Origin: Octopus sinensis
Taxonomy: Eukaryota
NCBI RefSeq assembly: GCF_006345805.1
Contig: NC_043025.1
Span: 8,928,001-8,992,000, forward strand
DNA: 64,000 nucleotides
Reading direction: 5' to 3'
Of this stretch, positions 52,184 to 64,000 are shown one piece after another. Below the pieces are notes generated by a model. That model searched no databases, was not told where the DNA came from, and saw nothing but the letters and a program-made list of their open reading frames with translations. Within the stretch, counting starts at the first letter, position 1, and the number at the start of each line of letters is the position of its first letter. Position numbers and translations under genes: made by a program.

Positions 52184-52232
52184 GTTTGAAAAATGGCAAT
52201 GCGATTTATCGTAGCCATTGCTTTGAGTGCTC
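52184..52232 (+). CDS. First coding exon (ATG at 52193), signal peptide [13 protein letters not shown]
   Basis: tctctgtttccag|gtttgaaaaATGGCAATG...GCTC|gtaagt. Confidence 0.85.
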
Positions 52233-52438
52233 GTAAGTCTGCTTTATAATATTATATTTGTTCACATTTTATCATCCTTTGGCCCCGGATGCTGCAGTAA
52301 TTGTGCATTTACCAAATTCCTTGCACAACAAGTGAAAAACCACTGACTAAGGGATAAAATATCCGCATGTGCTATCGGTATCTGATTACATGCATTATCC
52401 CCGGGCAATATATAACTAAAAATAAAAAATATAAAAAA

Positions 52439-52478
<40 letters not shown>

Positions 52479-53402
52479 TTATAAATATAAATTAATAATT
52501 TTAAATTTTTAACTTTAAATTTAAATAATTTAAATTTTGAATTTTATATTTTATATGTTTTGCATATTATATTAATTAATTAATTTTATTCTATGTTTTG
52601 GTTTATGTTTTTCGCTGTTTGTTTTGCCTAATGGTAGTTTTATCTCTAATTTAATTTATATATATAGATGAATAAATAAATAAATGGAGTTGAACGAAGA
52701 CGTTATTAAAATTCTTTTACTTTCGACATATGTTTCGAAGACAACATTGGTTTTATTCCAAAGGAATAAACGGTGTAAAATAATGCAATCTTCTCAACAA
52801 CAAGACATAACATTTATAAATGTAATAATGTCTTATAGTTGAGATAGGTTCTCTTTCTTTCCTGATGAGAAGATTGCATCTTACACCGTTTATTCCTTTG
52901 GAATAAAACCAATGTTGTCTTCAAAACATATGTCGAAAGTAAAGAAATTTTATTAACATCTTCGTTCAACTCCATTTATTTATTTATTCATCTGTAACAC
53001 ACAAATTACTGCACATTAACCCGGAGTTTCTACCTTTGGATAGGTCGCTTCAACCAAGTTTCTGACATGAATTTGCTATCCTGGTAACAGTTCATTGAAT
53101 TTTCCATGTTAACGGTAAACATAGGATAATTCATTAACTCATCGATATATATATATATCAATATATATATATATAAGGTGGCGAGCTGGCAGAAACGTTA
53201 GCACGCCGGGCGAAATGCTTAGCGGTATTTCATCTGTATTACGTTGTGAGTTCAAATTCCGCCGAGGTCGACTTTCCTTTCATCCTTTCGGGGTCGATAA
53301 ATTAAGTACCAGTTACGAACTGGGGTCGATGTAATCGACTTAATACCTATGTCTGTCCTTGTTTGTTCCCTCTGTGTTTAGCCCCTTGTGGGCAATAAAG
53401 AA

Positions 53403-53440
<38 letters not shown>

Positions 53441-54951
53441 TAATAAAAAGAATTCCAACCTTGTCTGATTTTCACGTTTTATTTACAATCTTATAATGAT
53501 ATATTATAAGATAATATATTATAATTGAATAAAATAAAATGAAATAGTAGAATGTTAAATATTCATTCTGATTGAACTAGTACTTTCATGCATTGAATTC
53601 TACACACACATGATTTATGTATATGTGTATAGATATGTCTATATACTCATAGATATATATAGTTTACTTTAATGTGTGTTCGGCTATTTTACTATATACG
53701 TATACATACATGTATATAAAGATATTGATATTATATATAATTTTTGCATTTCTCTCCCAGTCATTGGATTAAGCTGTGGTCGTCCAACTACGGACTCGAC
53801 AACAGGTAAGTTTCTTTTTTTTTTCCATTTTAATTTTTTCTGCTTTTTCTACTTTCTAATTATTTCCATGATTAAACTCGCTAATTTTTCATTTGTATAC
53901 TGCACAACAAATTTTATTCAACAAAAACAATAACAATATTTAACAAAAAGCATCTTTAAATGACGGTCTGACCGTCTGCGAAGCAAATGGGAAACAGTAA
54001 TTGAAGTAGATGGTGAATATGCTCCAGAATAATAATTTAAAGATGTTTTTTAAATGTTGCTATCTTTTTTGTTGAATAAACTTTGTTGAAAAAAAGCCGG
54101 AATAATTATCCACCAACCCGATATATATATAATTCTCATCATGAGGGCAGCTGCATCGAACTTTCTCATGCACCAAATGGCAATTACGAAAAACCATTCG
54201 TGAAGTAAAATTATGTAGCAACACCAAATGGCGGTGCCCCAGCATGGCCACAGCTCGTGAGCTGAAACTAGATATAATAAAATAAAATAAATAAAATCAA
54301 TCATAATTTAACGTTTGCTTTCCATGAGTTGGATGGTTTGACAGGCGCTGGCTAGTCATAAGACTACATCAGGCTTCTGTGTCTGTTATGACATGGGTTT
54401 TACAACTGGGTTCCCTCCCTAACACCAGCCAACCCACAAAGTGGACTGAGTGCTTTTTACATGGCATCAGCACAGGCAAGGACAGTTTTGGCATGGTTTT
54501 TACAGTTGGATGCCCTTCCAAATGCCAACCACTTCACAGTGTGGACAGAGTGTTTTTTTTTACATGGCACTAGCACAGGTGAAGTCAGTTTTGGCATGTT
54601 TTTTAACAGCTGGATGCCCTTCCAGATACCAACCACTTGACTGGGTGCTTTTTATGTGGTACCAGCACTGGCAGGGTCACCAAGTAACTTGCAAAAGAAA
54701 GATCTTTTGTGAGGAGAAGGAGCATTGGAGGAGGCAATCTTGCATCAGATGATGTAAGGTTAAACTGTGACACAGAGACAGAAACGGGTGTCTAACTGTC
54801 ACTCTGTTGTTCTCTAAAAGGCATTCCATAATAATATATGTTATTATTTTGTTCTTTCAGATGATACAGGAAGTAGCAAAGCACAACCTTACATAGGTAA
54901 GTTATCAGTTAGTTTACCCAAATTCTAATCTATTTGTCTGTCTCTATCTGT

Positions 54952-55038
<87 letters not shown>

Positions 55039-55055
55039 CATACACACACATATAT

Positions 55056-55109
<54 letters not shown>

Positions 55110-55182
55110 CACACACACACACACATATATACATACATATATATATATATACACACACAAACACATATATATATATACATAC

Positions 55183-55228
<46 letters not shown>

Positions 55229-55229
55229 G

Positions 55230-55278
<49 letters not shown>

Positions 55279-55633
55279 GGAGTATATCCAAACTTACAGG
55301 GAAAAATGACTTATTATATTATATTTATCATTTTTTAATTTTTGGTTATAAAAAAAAATTTAATTTAAAATTCAAAATTAAATTTTTTGAAATTATATTT
55401 TATTTTTATATATTTATATATTATATATTATATTAATTATATTCATATATTTTGTTTTTTATGTATTGGTTTATGTCTATCACTGTTTGAGTTGCCTAAT
55501 GGTGTTATCTCTAATTTATATATATATACACATACATGTGTAGATAATATATGTCTATTATATATATAGATTATATATATGTGTGTACATATTATATTAT
55601 ATATATATATATATATATATATCTATATATATA

Positions 55634-55665
<32 letters not shown>

Positions 55666-55825
55666 CTTTATAGGCATATATGAGTGTGTGTGTGTGTAGA
55701 TGTGTGTATCTGTGTATATATATATGTATGTGTGTATATGAGTTTGTCTGCATTCATAATATCTGTCCTCCTATCTCTCTGTGTCTGTGTATGGGTGTAT
55801 ACACACAATACACACATGCATGCTG

Positions 55826-55859
<34 letters not shown>

Positions 55860-56134
55860 CCTTCAACAGGTAATTTTTACTCACTAGAAGAAGCAGTCAA
55901 AACGACCAAAATGACATTTAAGAGCAATTGTCGAAATGAAATTTACGTTTATATTTTTATATGTATATAGGCGTAGGAGTGGCTGTGTGGTAAATAGCTT
56001 GCTTACCAACCACATGGTTCTGGGTTCAGTCCCACTGCATGGCACCTTGGGCAAGTGTATTCTACTATAGCCTCGGGCTGACCAAAGCCTTGTGAGTGGA
56101 TTTGGTAGACGGAAACTGAAAGAAGCCCGTCGTA

Positions 56135-56176
<42 letters not shown>

Positions 56177-56200
56177 GATATATATATATATATATTATAT

Positions 56201-56234
<34 letters not shown>

Positions 56235-56443
56235 CTGTGTATGTTTGTGCATCTGTGTTTGTCCCCCTAACATCGCTTGATAACCGATGCTGGTGTGTTT
56301 TGTCCCCGTAACTTAGCGGTTCGGCAAGAGGGACTGATAGAATAAGTACTAGGCTTACAAAGAATAAGTCCTGGGGTCGATTTGCTCGACTAAAGGCGGT
56401 GCTCCAGCATGGCCACAGCCAAATGACTGAAACAAGTAAAAGA

Positions 56444-56477
<34 letters not shown>

Positions 56478-57147
56478 GTAATAATATTCATATCTATATG
56501 TATACATATCACGTGACCATGTGACCGACCAGTCCATCAGATGTAGTTACACATCGCTGGTCACAATGCGTTCGCATTGTTTTAGCCTTCAAATGACGCC
56601 ACCCCGCTGGCTAAGCGAGCAGGCCAACAGAAGAAAGAGTGGTGAAAGACTACAGTAGGGATCACCACCACCCCCTGCTGGAGCCTCGTGGAGCTTTTAG
56701 GTGTTTTCGCTCAATAAACACTCACAACGCCCGGTCTGGGAATCGAAACTGCGATCCTACGACCGCGAGTCGCTGCCCTAACCACTGGACCATTGTGCCT
56801 CCACATGTATACTTATATATGTGTGTATATATATATATATATTTATTTAGTATGTTTGTGTATACTATCCATCTCTTAGTCTATCCCATCATCTATCTAC
56901 CACCCAATCTGTCTGTCAGTTTATCTGCCTCTCTATAAATCTATGTATTGTTTTCCATGTTTACATTGATATACATACACATACCTGCATACATATGCAC
57001 ACACACACATAATTATATACACATTCATATAGATGCATGCATATATATATATGTACGTATATTTTCTTTTTTCAGTGTATCCAGGATCGAACGGTGCCAA
57101 CCCAACATACCGTAAGATATCTATTTATCTATCTGTCTGTCTATCTA

Positions 57148-57224
<77 letters not shown>

Positions 57225-57307
57225 TTGTCTATTTATCTACCTACCTATCTATCTACTTATCTCTCTCTCTCTCTATCAATCTATCTATCTATCTCTCTGT
57301 TTGTCTG

Positions 57308-57355
<48 letters not shown>

Positions 57356-57398
57356 CCTATCTCTCTCTATATATCTATTTATCTATCTATCTATCTAG

Positions 57399-57448
<50 letters not shown>

Positions 57449-57634
57449 CTCTCTCTGTGCTTTATTTCCTTGAATATCTCATTCTAATCAAATTTATATT
57501 TTGTACATATTTTTTACATACATATATTTTATATACACAAACATAATGTCAGATATATGGGTGCATATATTTATGTATATGTATATATATATATATGTGA
57601 GTGTATATGTATTATATATTTATATATTCACACT

Positions 57635-57665
<31 letters not shown>

Positions 57666-57730
57666 AGATAATATACACACACACACCCACACATATATTT
57701 GTAAATACACACACACACACGCACACACAC

Positions 57731-57808
<78 letters not shown>

Positions 57809-58608
57809 ATATATTTATATTCATGTATGTGTATATATATGTATATTCTTTTTCTTCTGCAGAGAAGGACATTGATATTTCCTTTTTGTACAATTGGTTG
57901 AAGACACATAAGAAACATCGCTTTCCGAAACCTGTTGCTGAAACTAAACCGAATCCAGAACCAGTGTCTGAGCCGAAACCCGAACCCTATTACCCTTACA
58001 TGCCGAACGTGGTGCCACCGCACACACATGTACCGAAGCAAACACTTGGCCACACGCATACTGTTACGCACAGCAGGACCGCCCACCATGTCCTACCACC
58101 ACAGTTCCCTTATGGCTATAACCCGTTCCCTTATGGCTTTCCTTCTCGATTCCAAATTCCGCCATTCCCCTACCCAACAATGAAACCGGTCAACAGATAC
58201 CCATTTCCACCTACTTTCGGTTTCCCTTTTAATCAGCAACAGAAAGAGCAAAAAAATCAAGGGCAAGTACAAAATAATTATTACCCAAAGTACCCTATAT
58301 TCCCACCGACTATAGGGCCAGTGGGACCAGTTAGAAGCCCTTTCTTGCCGCCATACCAACCTGCACCATACCCAATACCATTTACAGGGTTTCCATATGG
58401 CCAACCAAATGTCGGAAAATTCGGAGGCTACGCTACCAATGTTTACAATTCTGTGGGCAATGGTAATGGTGTGTACGGAAACCGTTTTATTAGTCCTGGA
58501 TCTTATGGTTTTAGTGGAATATTGAACGCCATTAAAGGAAGCAGTTCCATTCCCTTCCCATCGAAACCCTACCCGATCTTTCCATCGCAACCAAGATATG
58601 GTTATTAG
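52193..58608 (+). CDS. Spliced gene, join(52193-52232,53761-53805,54861-54896,57076-57111,57863-58608): 903 nt, 300-aa secreted Pro/Tyr/Phe/Gly-rich protein ([20 protein letters not shown]|[53 protein letters not shown]...[11 protein letters not shown])
   Basis: Each exon has a polypyrimidine-CAG acceptor and the four internal exons have GTAAG donors. All four introns are phase 1 and the join is an open frame that matches the non-repetitive part of ORF 57601-58608. The N-terminus is hydrophobic with a small-residue cleavage site (SCG|RP). AATAAA lies 115 nt after the stop. Confidence 0.88.
52857..52939 (+). ncRNA. Type I hammerhead ribozyme motif (G12A variant) within a fold-back repeat (52667-52993)
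   Basis: CTTTC-CTGATGA-GAAGA..TCTTC-[A]AAAC-ATAT-GTC-GAAAG: stems I, II and III all pair and the triplet is GUC. Confidence 0.7.
53176..53402 (+). mobile_element. SINE B, single-unit copy, intronic
   Basis: Same consensus. Confidence 0.85.
53761..53805 (+). CDS. 45-nt phase 1-1 exon (L)[14 protein letters not shown]
   Basis: tttctctcccag|TCATTGG...ACAACAG|gtaagt; completes the signal peptide. Confidence 0.88.
53960..54122 (+). mobile_element. Mariner 3' end fragment
   Basis: [19 protein letters not shown] followed by a TIR-like end ccaccaacccgata. Confidence 0.6.
54861..54896 (+). CDS. 36-nt phase 1-1 micro-exon (D)[11 protein letters not shown]
   Basis: ttgttctttcag|ATGATAC...TACATAG|gtaagt. 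Confidence 0.82.
   Translation: MIQEVAKHNLT
55968..56445 (+). mobile_element. SINE A, full copy, intronic
   Basis: Same consensus. Confidence 0.85.
57076..57111 (+). CDS. 36-nt phase 1-1 micro-exon (V)[11 protein letters not shown]
   Basis: ttttcttttttcag|TGTATCC...ACATACC|gtaaga. Confidence 0.82.
57863..58608 (+). CDS. Terminal coding exon, Pro/Tyr/Phe-rich body of the secreted protein
   Basis: ttttcttctgcag| acceptor; 746 nt of open, non-microsatellite, higher-GC sequence ending in TAG; recurrent FPYG and YPIFP motifs. Confidence 0.92.
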
Positions 58609-58722
58609 CCTGTCATTCTCAATTAGATGATTGAGTTAGCATAATGACGACTATTAATTAACATGGTTGGAGGAAATGAACGATAGACAACGAACTAATG
58701 GAAAATGAAAAAATGAAAATGA

Positions 58723-58728
58723 AATAAA
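58723..58728 (+). terminator. Candidate polyadenylation signal
   Basis: AATAAA 115 nt downstream of the stop codon. Confidence 0.55.
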
Positions 58729-58790
58729 GAAGACGGAGTCGGAAAGATACCAGAGTAAGGAAACTTCTTCATTCTTCTTAATGCCTTTAA

Positions 58791-59776
58791 CCCTTTAGTG
58801 TTTGCATTATTCTACCAAAATTAATGCTTCTTCATCCACATTGTTTTGAACTAATCATGGATTATCTTGTAGCTATGAGAATTTGATGAGGTAGCTGTTA
58901 ATTTTTAAAGCGATATTGTAGGGCTGGTGTGAGAGACCAGATGTGGCCATATTGAACATAAAACAGGCAGAATACTTTTGGCCGGACATGGCCAGTTTGA
59001 ACATAAAACAGGCAGAATAATTTTGGCCAGATATGGCCAGTTTGATCATAAAACAGGCAGAATACTTTTGGACAGATATGGGCAGTTTGAACATAAAACA
59101 GGCAGAATACTTTTGGCCGGATATGGCCAGTTTGATCATAAAACAGGCAGAATACTTTTGGCCAGATATGCCAGTTTGATCATAAAACAGGCAGAATACT
59201 TTTGGCCAGATATGGCCAGTTTGATCATAAAACAGGCAGAATACTTTTGGCCAGATATGGCCAGTTTGAACATAAAACAGGCAGAATACTTTTGGCCAGA
59301 TATGGCCAGTTTGATCATAAAACAGGCAGAATACTTTTGGCCAGATATGGCCAGTTTGAACATAAAACAGGCAGAATACTTTTGGCCGGATATGGCCAGT
59401 TTGATCATAAAACAGGCAGAATACTTTTGGCCAGATATAGTCAGTTTGAACATAAAACAGGCAGAATACTTTTGGCCAGATATGGCCAGTTTGAACATAA
59501 AACAGGCAGAATACTTTTGGCCAGATATGGTCAGTTTGAACATAAATCAGGCAGAAAACTTTTGGCCAGATATGGCCAGTTTGAACATAAAATCAGGCAG
59601 AAAACTTTTGGCCAGATATGGCCAGTTTGAACATAAAACAGGCAGAATACTTTTGGCCGGACATGGCCAGTTTGAACATAAAACAGGCAGAATACTTTTG
59701 GCCAGATATGGCCAGTTTGATCATAAAACAGGCAGAATACTTTTGGCCGGATATGGCCGGTTTAAATGCTAAAGTG
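58791..59776. mobile_element. piggyBac-like non-autonomous element containing ~18 copies of a 45-bp minisatellite
   Basis: TTAA|ccctttagtg ... ctaaagtg|TTAA (58787-58790, 59777-59780); 45-bp period seen directly. Confidence 0.8.
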
Positions 59777-59789
59777 TTAACCCTCTAAC

Positions 59790-60003
59790 GCGGAGTATAG
59801 TCCACTTATAATTGAATTCCATGTCGCATAGTTTTTGGCTTCTGTACTTATACTCTGCCATGAATGTCCCCCTGTCTCTAGTTCCTTTTGTGTTGATCTC
59901 CACCACGAGTTCCTAGGCCCGCCTCTCCTTCTATATCCATCTGTGGAGTATAGGCCACTTATAGTTGAATTCCATGTCACATAGTTTTTGGCTTCTGTAC
60001 TTA
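59790..60003 (-). mobile_element. RTE LINE 3' end with internal ~152-bp duplication
   Basis: GYRRRGGPRNSWWRSTQKEL...HSWQSI..EAKNYATWNSIISGL resembles RTE ORF C-termini. Confidence 0.7.
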
Positions 60004-60065
60004 AGTAGCTTGCTTACCAACCACATGGTTCTGGGTTCAGTCCCACTGTGTGGCACCTTGGGCAA

Positions 60066-60277
60066 CTATTTACATCAAAAAGGTGCTTTTTTCCTATGAA
60101 AATCCCTATTTTTTACGATTTTTTTACTGCTGTGTCGCCATTTTTCGGTGTATTTCAACCAGAAAAATGTTCACTTAAAGAGAATAACAAGCTACATAAT
60201 GCAAAATTTTTACTTTTCAAAAATTCCAATTCTAAAGGGTTGAAACAAATCTAAGCAACGCCGGGCGATACTGCTAG
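60066..60277 (+). mobile_element. Helitron 3' end with a third internal sequence
   Basis: gcaacgccgggcgatactgctag|t. Confidence 0.7.
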
Positions 60278-61349
60278 TTTATACATATAGATACATCTGT
60301 ATTTATGTGCATTCATACGTATATGCCTTTATGGATGATGGAAGCACTCCATTGGTTCCGACGACGAGGGTTCCGGTTGATCCGATCAACGGAATAGCCT
60401 GCTCATGAAATTAATGTGTAAGTGGCTGAGCACTCCACAGACACGTGTACCCTTAACGTAGTTCTCGGGGATATTCAGCGTGACACAGAGAGTGACAAGG
60501 CCGGCCCTTTGAAATGTTCAAACAGGTACAACAGAAACAGGAAGTAAGAGTGAGAGAAAGTTGAGGTGAAAGAGTACAGCAGGGTTTGTCACCACCCCCT
60601 GCTGGAGCCTCGTGGAGCTTTTAGGTGTTTTCGCTCAATAAACACTCACAACGCCCGGTCTGGGAATTGAAACCTGTGCAGGTGGCACGTAAAAAGCACC
60701 CACTACACTCACGGAGTGGTTGGCGTTAGGAAGGGCATCCAGCTGTAGAAACTCTGCCAGATCAGACTGGAGCCTGGTGCGGCCTTCTGGCTTCCCGGAT
60801 CCCCGGTCGAACCGTCCAACCCATGCTAGCATGGAGAACGGACGTTAAACGATGATGATGATGATGATGATGATCCTACGACCGCGAGTCCGCTGCCCTA
60901 ACCACTGGGCCATTGCGCCTCCACATGCCTTTATACACACACACACACACACACACATAGGAACATAACAATATCTAATATATTTTCCTGACAGTCATAT
61001 ATCTTAAAACATCTATTCACTTAAACATATATTTATATAAATACTATTTCCTTTTCGTTTTCAGAACCATCAAGGCAAACTAGAAGCTGACAAAATGCAG
61101 AAAACTTTATCAGAATCAAAGAATCTATGAATCTGGGAAAAGTGTCTGGTTGTCCATAGCGCTGCCACATTGCTGGGTTTGTTCTTTCAAAAGAGAATAT
61201 CTCACTCCGAATGAGATTTGCAAATAAACGTTGCAATTCTTTATAAAATGCATTTATTTGTGTTCTGTTATTTCTTTGTTTTTTTTGCATCTTTATCTTG
61301 TATCTTTTGTTTTTGTATTTTATTGCCTTTCTTGGTGTTCTTATTTCTT

Positions 61350-63600
61350 TGCTGCCCACAAGGGGCTAAACACAGAAGGGACAAAGAAGGACAGACAAAA
61401 GGGATTAAGACGATTGTATCGACCCCAATGCATAACTGGTACTTATCTAATTGACCCCTAAAACGATGAAGGGCAAAGTCGACCTCGGCGGAATTTGAAC
61501 TCAGAACATAGTGGCAGATGAAATACCTATTTCTTTACTGACTACCACAAGGGGCTAAACACAACCGAGAGGACAAACAAGGACACAACAACAGATTAAG
61601 TCGATTATATCAACCCCAGTGCATAACTGGTACTTATATTAATTGACCCCGAAAGGATGAAGGGCAAAGTCGACCTCGGAGGAATTTGACTCAGAACGTA
61701 GCGGCAGACGAAATACCTATTCTTTACTACAACTACCCACAAACGGCTAAACACAGAGAGGACAAACAAGGACAGACAAATAGATTAAGTCGATTATATC
61801 AACCCCAGTGCATAACTGGTACTTATTTAATTGACCCCGAAAGGATGAAAGGCAAAGTCGACCTCGGCGGAATTTGAACTCAGAACGTAGTGGCAGATGA
61901 AATACCTATTTCTTTACTACCCACAAGGGGCTAAACACAGAGAGGACAAACAAGGACACACAAACAGATTAAGTCGATTATATCAACCCCAGTGCATAAC
62001 TGGTACTTATTTAATTGACCCCGGGGAAGGATGAAGGGCAAAGTCGACTCGGCGGAATTTGAACTCAGAACGTAGCGGCAGACGAATACCTATTCTTTAC
62101 TACCCACAGGGGCTAAACACAGAGAGGACAAACAAGGACACACAAACAGATTAAGTCGATTATATCAACCCCAGTGCATAACTGGTACTTATTTAATTGA
62201 CCCCGAAAGGATGAAGGGCAAAGTCGACCTCGGCGGAATTTGAACTCAGAACGTAGTGGCAGATGAAATACCTATTTCTTTACTACCCACAAGGGGCTAA
62301 ACACAGAGAGGACAAACAAGGACACACAAACAGATTAAGTCGATTATATCAACCCCAGTGCATAACTGGTACTTATTTAATTGACCCCGAAAGGATGAAG
62401 GGCAAAGTCGACCTCGGCGGAATTTGAACTCAGAACGTAGTGGCAGATGAAATACCTATTTCTTTACTACCCACAAGGGGCTAAACACAGAGAGGACAAA
62501 CAAGGACACACAAACAGATTAAGTCGATTATATCAACCCCAGTGCATAACTGGTACTTATTTATTGCCCCGAAAGGATGAAGGCAAAGTCGACCTCGGCG
62601 GAATTTGAACTCCAGAACGTAGTGGCAGACGAAATACCTATTTCTTTACTACCACACAAGGGGCTAAACACAGAGAGGACAAACAAGGACAGACAAAAGA
62701 TTAGTCGATTATATCAACCCCAGTGCATAACTGGTACTTATTTAATTGACCCCGAAAGGATGAAGGGCAAAGTCGACCTCGGCGGAATTTGAACTCAGAA
62801 CGTAGTGGCAGATGAAATACCTATTTCTTTACTACCCACAAGGGGCTAAACACAGAGAGGACACAAGGACACACAACAGATTAGTCGATTATTCAACCCC
62901 AGTGCATAACTGGTACTTATTTAATTGACCCCGAAAGGATGAAGGGCAAAGTCGACCTCGGCGGAATTTGAACTCAGAACGCGTAGTGGCAGATGAAATA
63001 CCATTTCTTTACTATCCACAAGGGGCTAACACAGAGAGGACAAACCAGGATAGACAAATGATTTAAGTCGATTATATCAACCCCAGTGCATAACTGGTAC
63101 TTATTTAATTGACCCCGAAAGGATGAAAGGCAAAGTCAACCTCGGCGGAATTTGAACTCAGGACGTAGCGGCAGACGAAATACCTATTTCTTTACTACCC
63201 ACAAGGGGCTAAACACAGAGAGGACAAACAAGGACACACAAACAGATTAAGTCGATTATATCAACCCCAGTGCATAACTGGTACTTATTTAATTGACCCC
63301 GAAAGAATGAAAGGCAAAGTCGACCTCGGCGGAATTTGAACTCAGAACATAGCGGCAGATGAAATACCTATTTCTTTACTACCCACAAGGGGCTAAACAC
63401 CGAGAGGACAAACAAGGACAGACAAACAGATTAAGTTGATTATATCGACCCCAGTGCATAACTGGTACTTATTTAATTGACCCCGAAAGGATGAAGGGCA
63501 AAGTCAACCTCGGCGGAATTTGAACTCAGAACGTAGCGGCAGACGAAATACCGCTAAGCATTTTGCCCCGTGTGTTAACAATTCTGCCAGCTCACCACCT
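61350..63600 (-). repeat. SINE B-derived tandem array: one head (63540-63600) plus about 12 units of ~183 bp
   Basis: ccacaaggggctaaacacag-type starts near 61354, 61544, 61736, 61921, 62103, 62286, 62470, 62653, 62836, 63015, 63198, 63382. Confidence 0.92.
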
Positions 63601-63687
63601 TGGTGTTCTTGTTGTACTGGGGGCATGCTGAAAGAAGACAGGCCTTGAAAGCACTTTACCTGTGCATGCTGGCTCCACTCTCTCTCT

Positions 63688-64000
63688 CTTTTACTCTTTT
63701 ACTTGTTTCAGTCATTTTGACTGCGGCCATGCTGGAGCACCGCCTTTAGTCGAGCAAATCGACCCCAGGACTTATTCTTTGTAAGCCCAGTACTTATTCT
63801 ATCGGTCTCTTTTGCCGAACCGCTAAGTAACGGGGACATGAACACACCAGCATCGGTTGTCAAGCAATGCTAAGGGGACAAACACAGACACACAAACATA
63901 CACATACACACACACATATATATATATATACATATATACGACAAGCTTCTTTCAGTTTCCGTCTACCAAATCCACTCACAGTCATTGGTCGGCCCGGGGC
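63688..64000 (-). mobile_element. SINE A, cut by the window end
   Basis: Same consensus. Confidence 0.85.

Noticed and set aside
57601-57862. N-terminal 88 codons of the 335-aa ORF
   Set aside because: Translated (TA)/(CA) microsatellite in an intron; the real exon starts at the acceptor at 57863.
58978-59772. 264-aa repeat protein ORF (MASLIIKQAEYFWPD)n
   Set aside because: By-product of a 45-bp minisatellite inside a TTAA-bounded element; open in several frames and on both strands.
61350-63600. CRISPR-like regular array
   Set aside because: Whole units are repeated with no unique spacers; derived from a SINE in a eukaryotic genome.

Overview
AT-rich, repeat-saturated animal genomic DNA. 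The SINE families and microsatellite load point to an octopus (coleoid cephalopod) genome; this is an inference. Almost all ORFs in the supplied track are microsatellite or repeat artefacts. One real host gene is well supported: a + strand gene with five coding exons (52193-52232, 53761-53805, 54861-54896, 57076-57111, 57863-58608; all introns GT-AG, phase 1). It encodes a 300-aa secreted Pro/Tyr/Phe/Gly-rich protein with a His/Thr block and no Cys in the mature chain, probably an extracellular structural protein. A second, orphan promoter plus signal-peptide exon (29945-35047) is phase-compatible with it. The rest is a layered transposon landscape: five SINE-like families, TAA-targeting R4/Dong LINE ends, CR1-group and RTE 3' ends, a decayed Penelope RT/GIY-YIG element, mariner, hAT and piggyBac-like relics, non-autonomous Helitrons, and a SINE-derived 183-bp satellite. 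Unexpected signals are several families of type I hammerhead-ribozyme motifs in (TA)n-embedded repeats, 40-175 bp target-like duplications flanking different element classes, and many fold-back structures. There is a 100-N assembly gap at 36038-36137. No CRISPR, rRNA or bona fide tRNA genes were seen.
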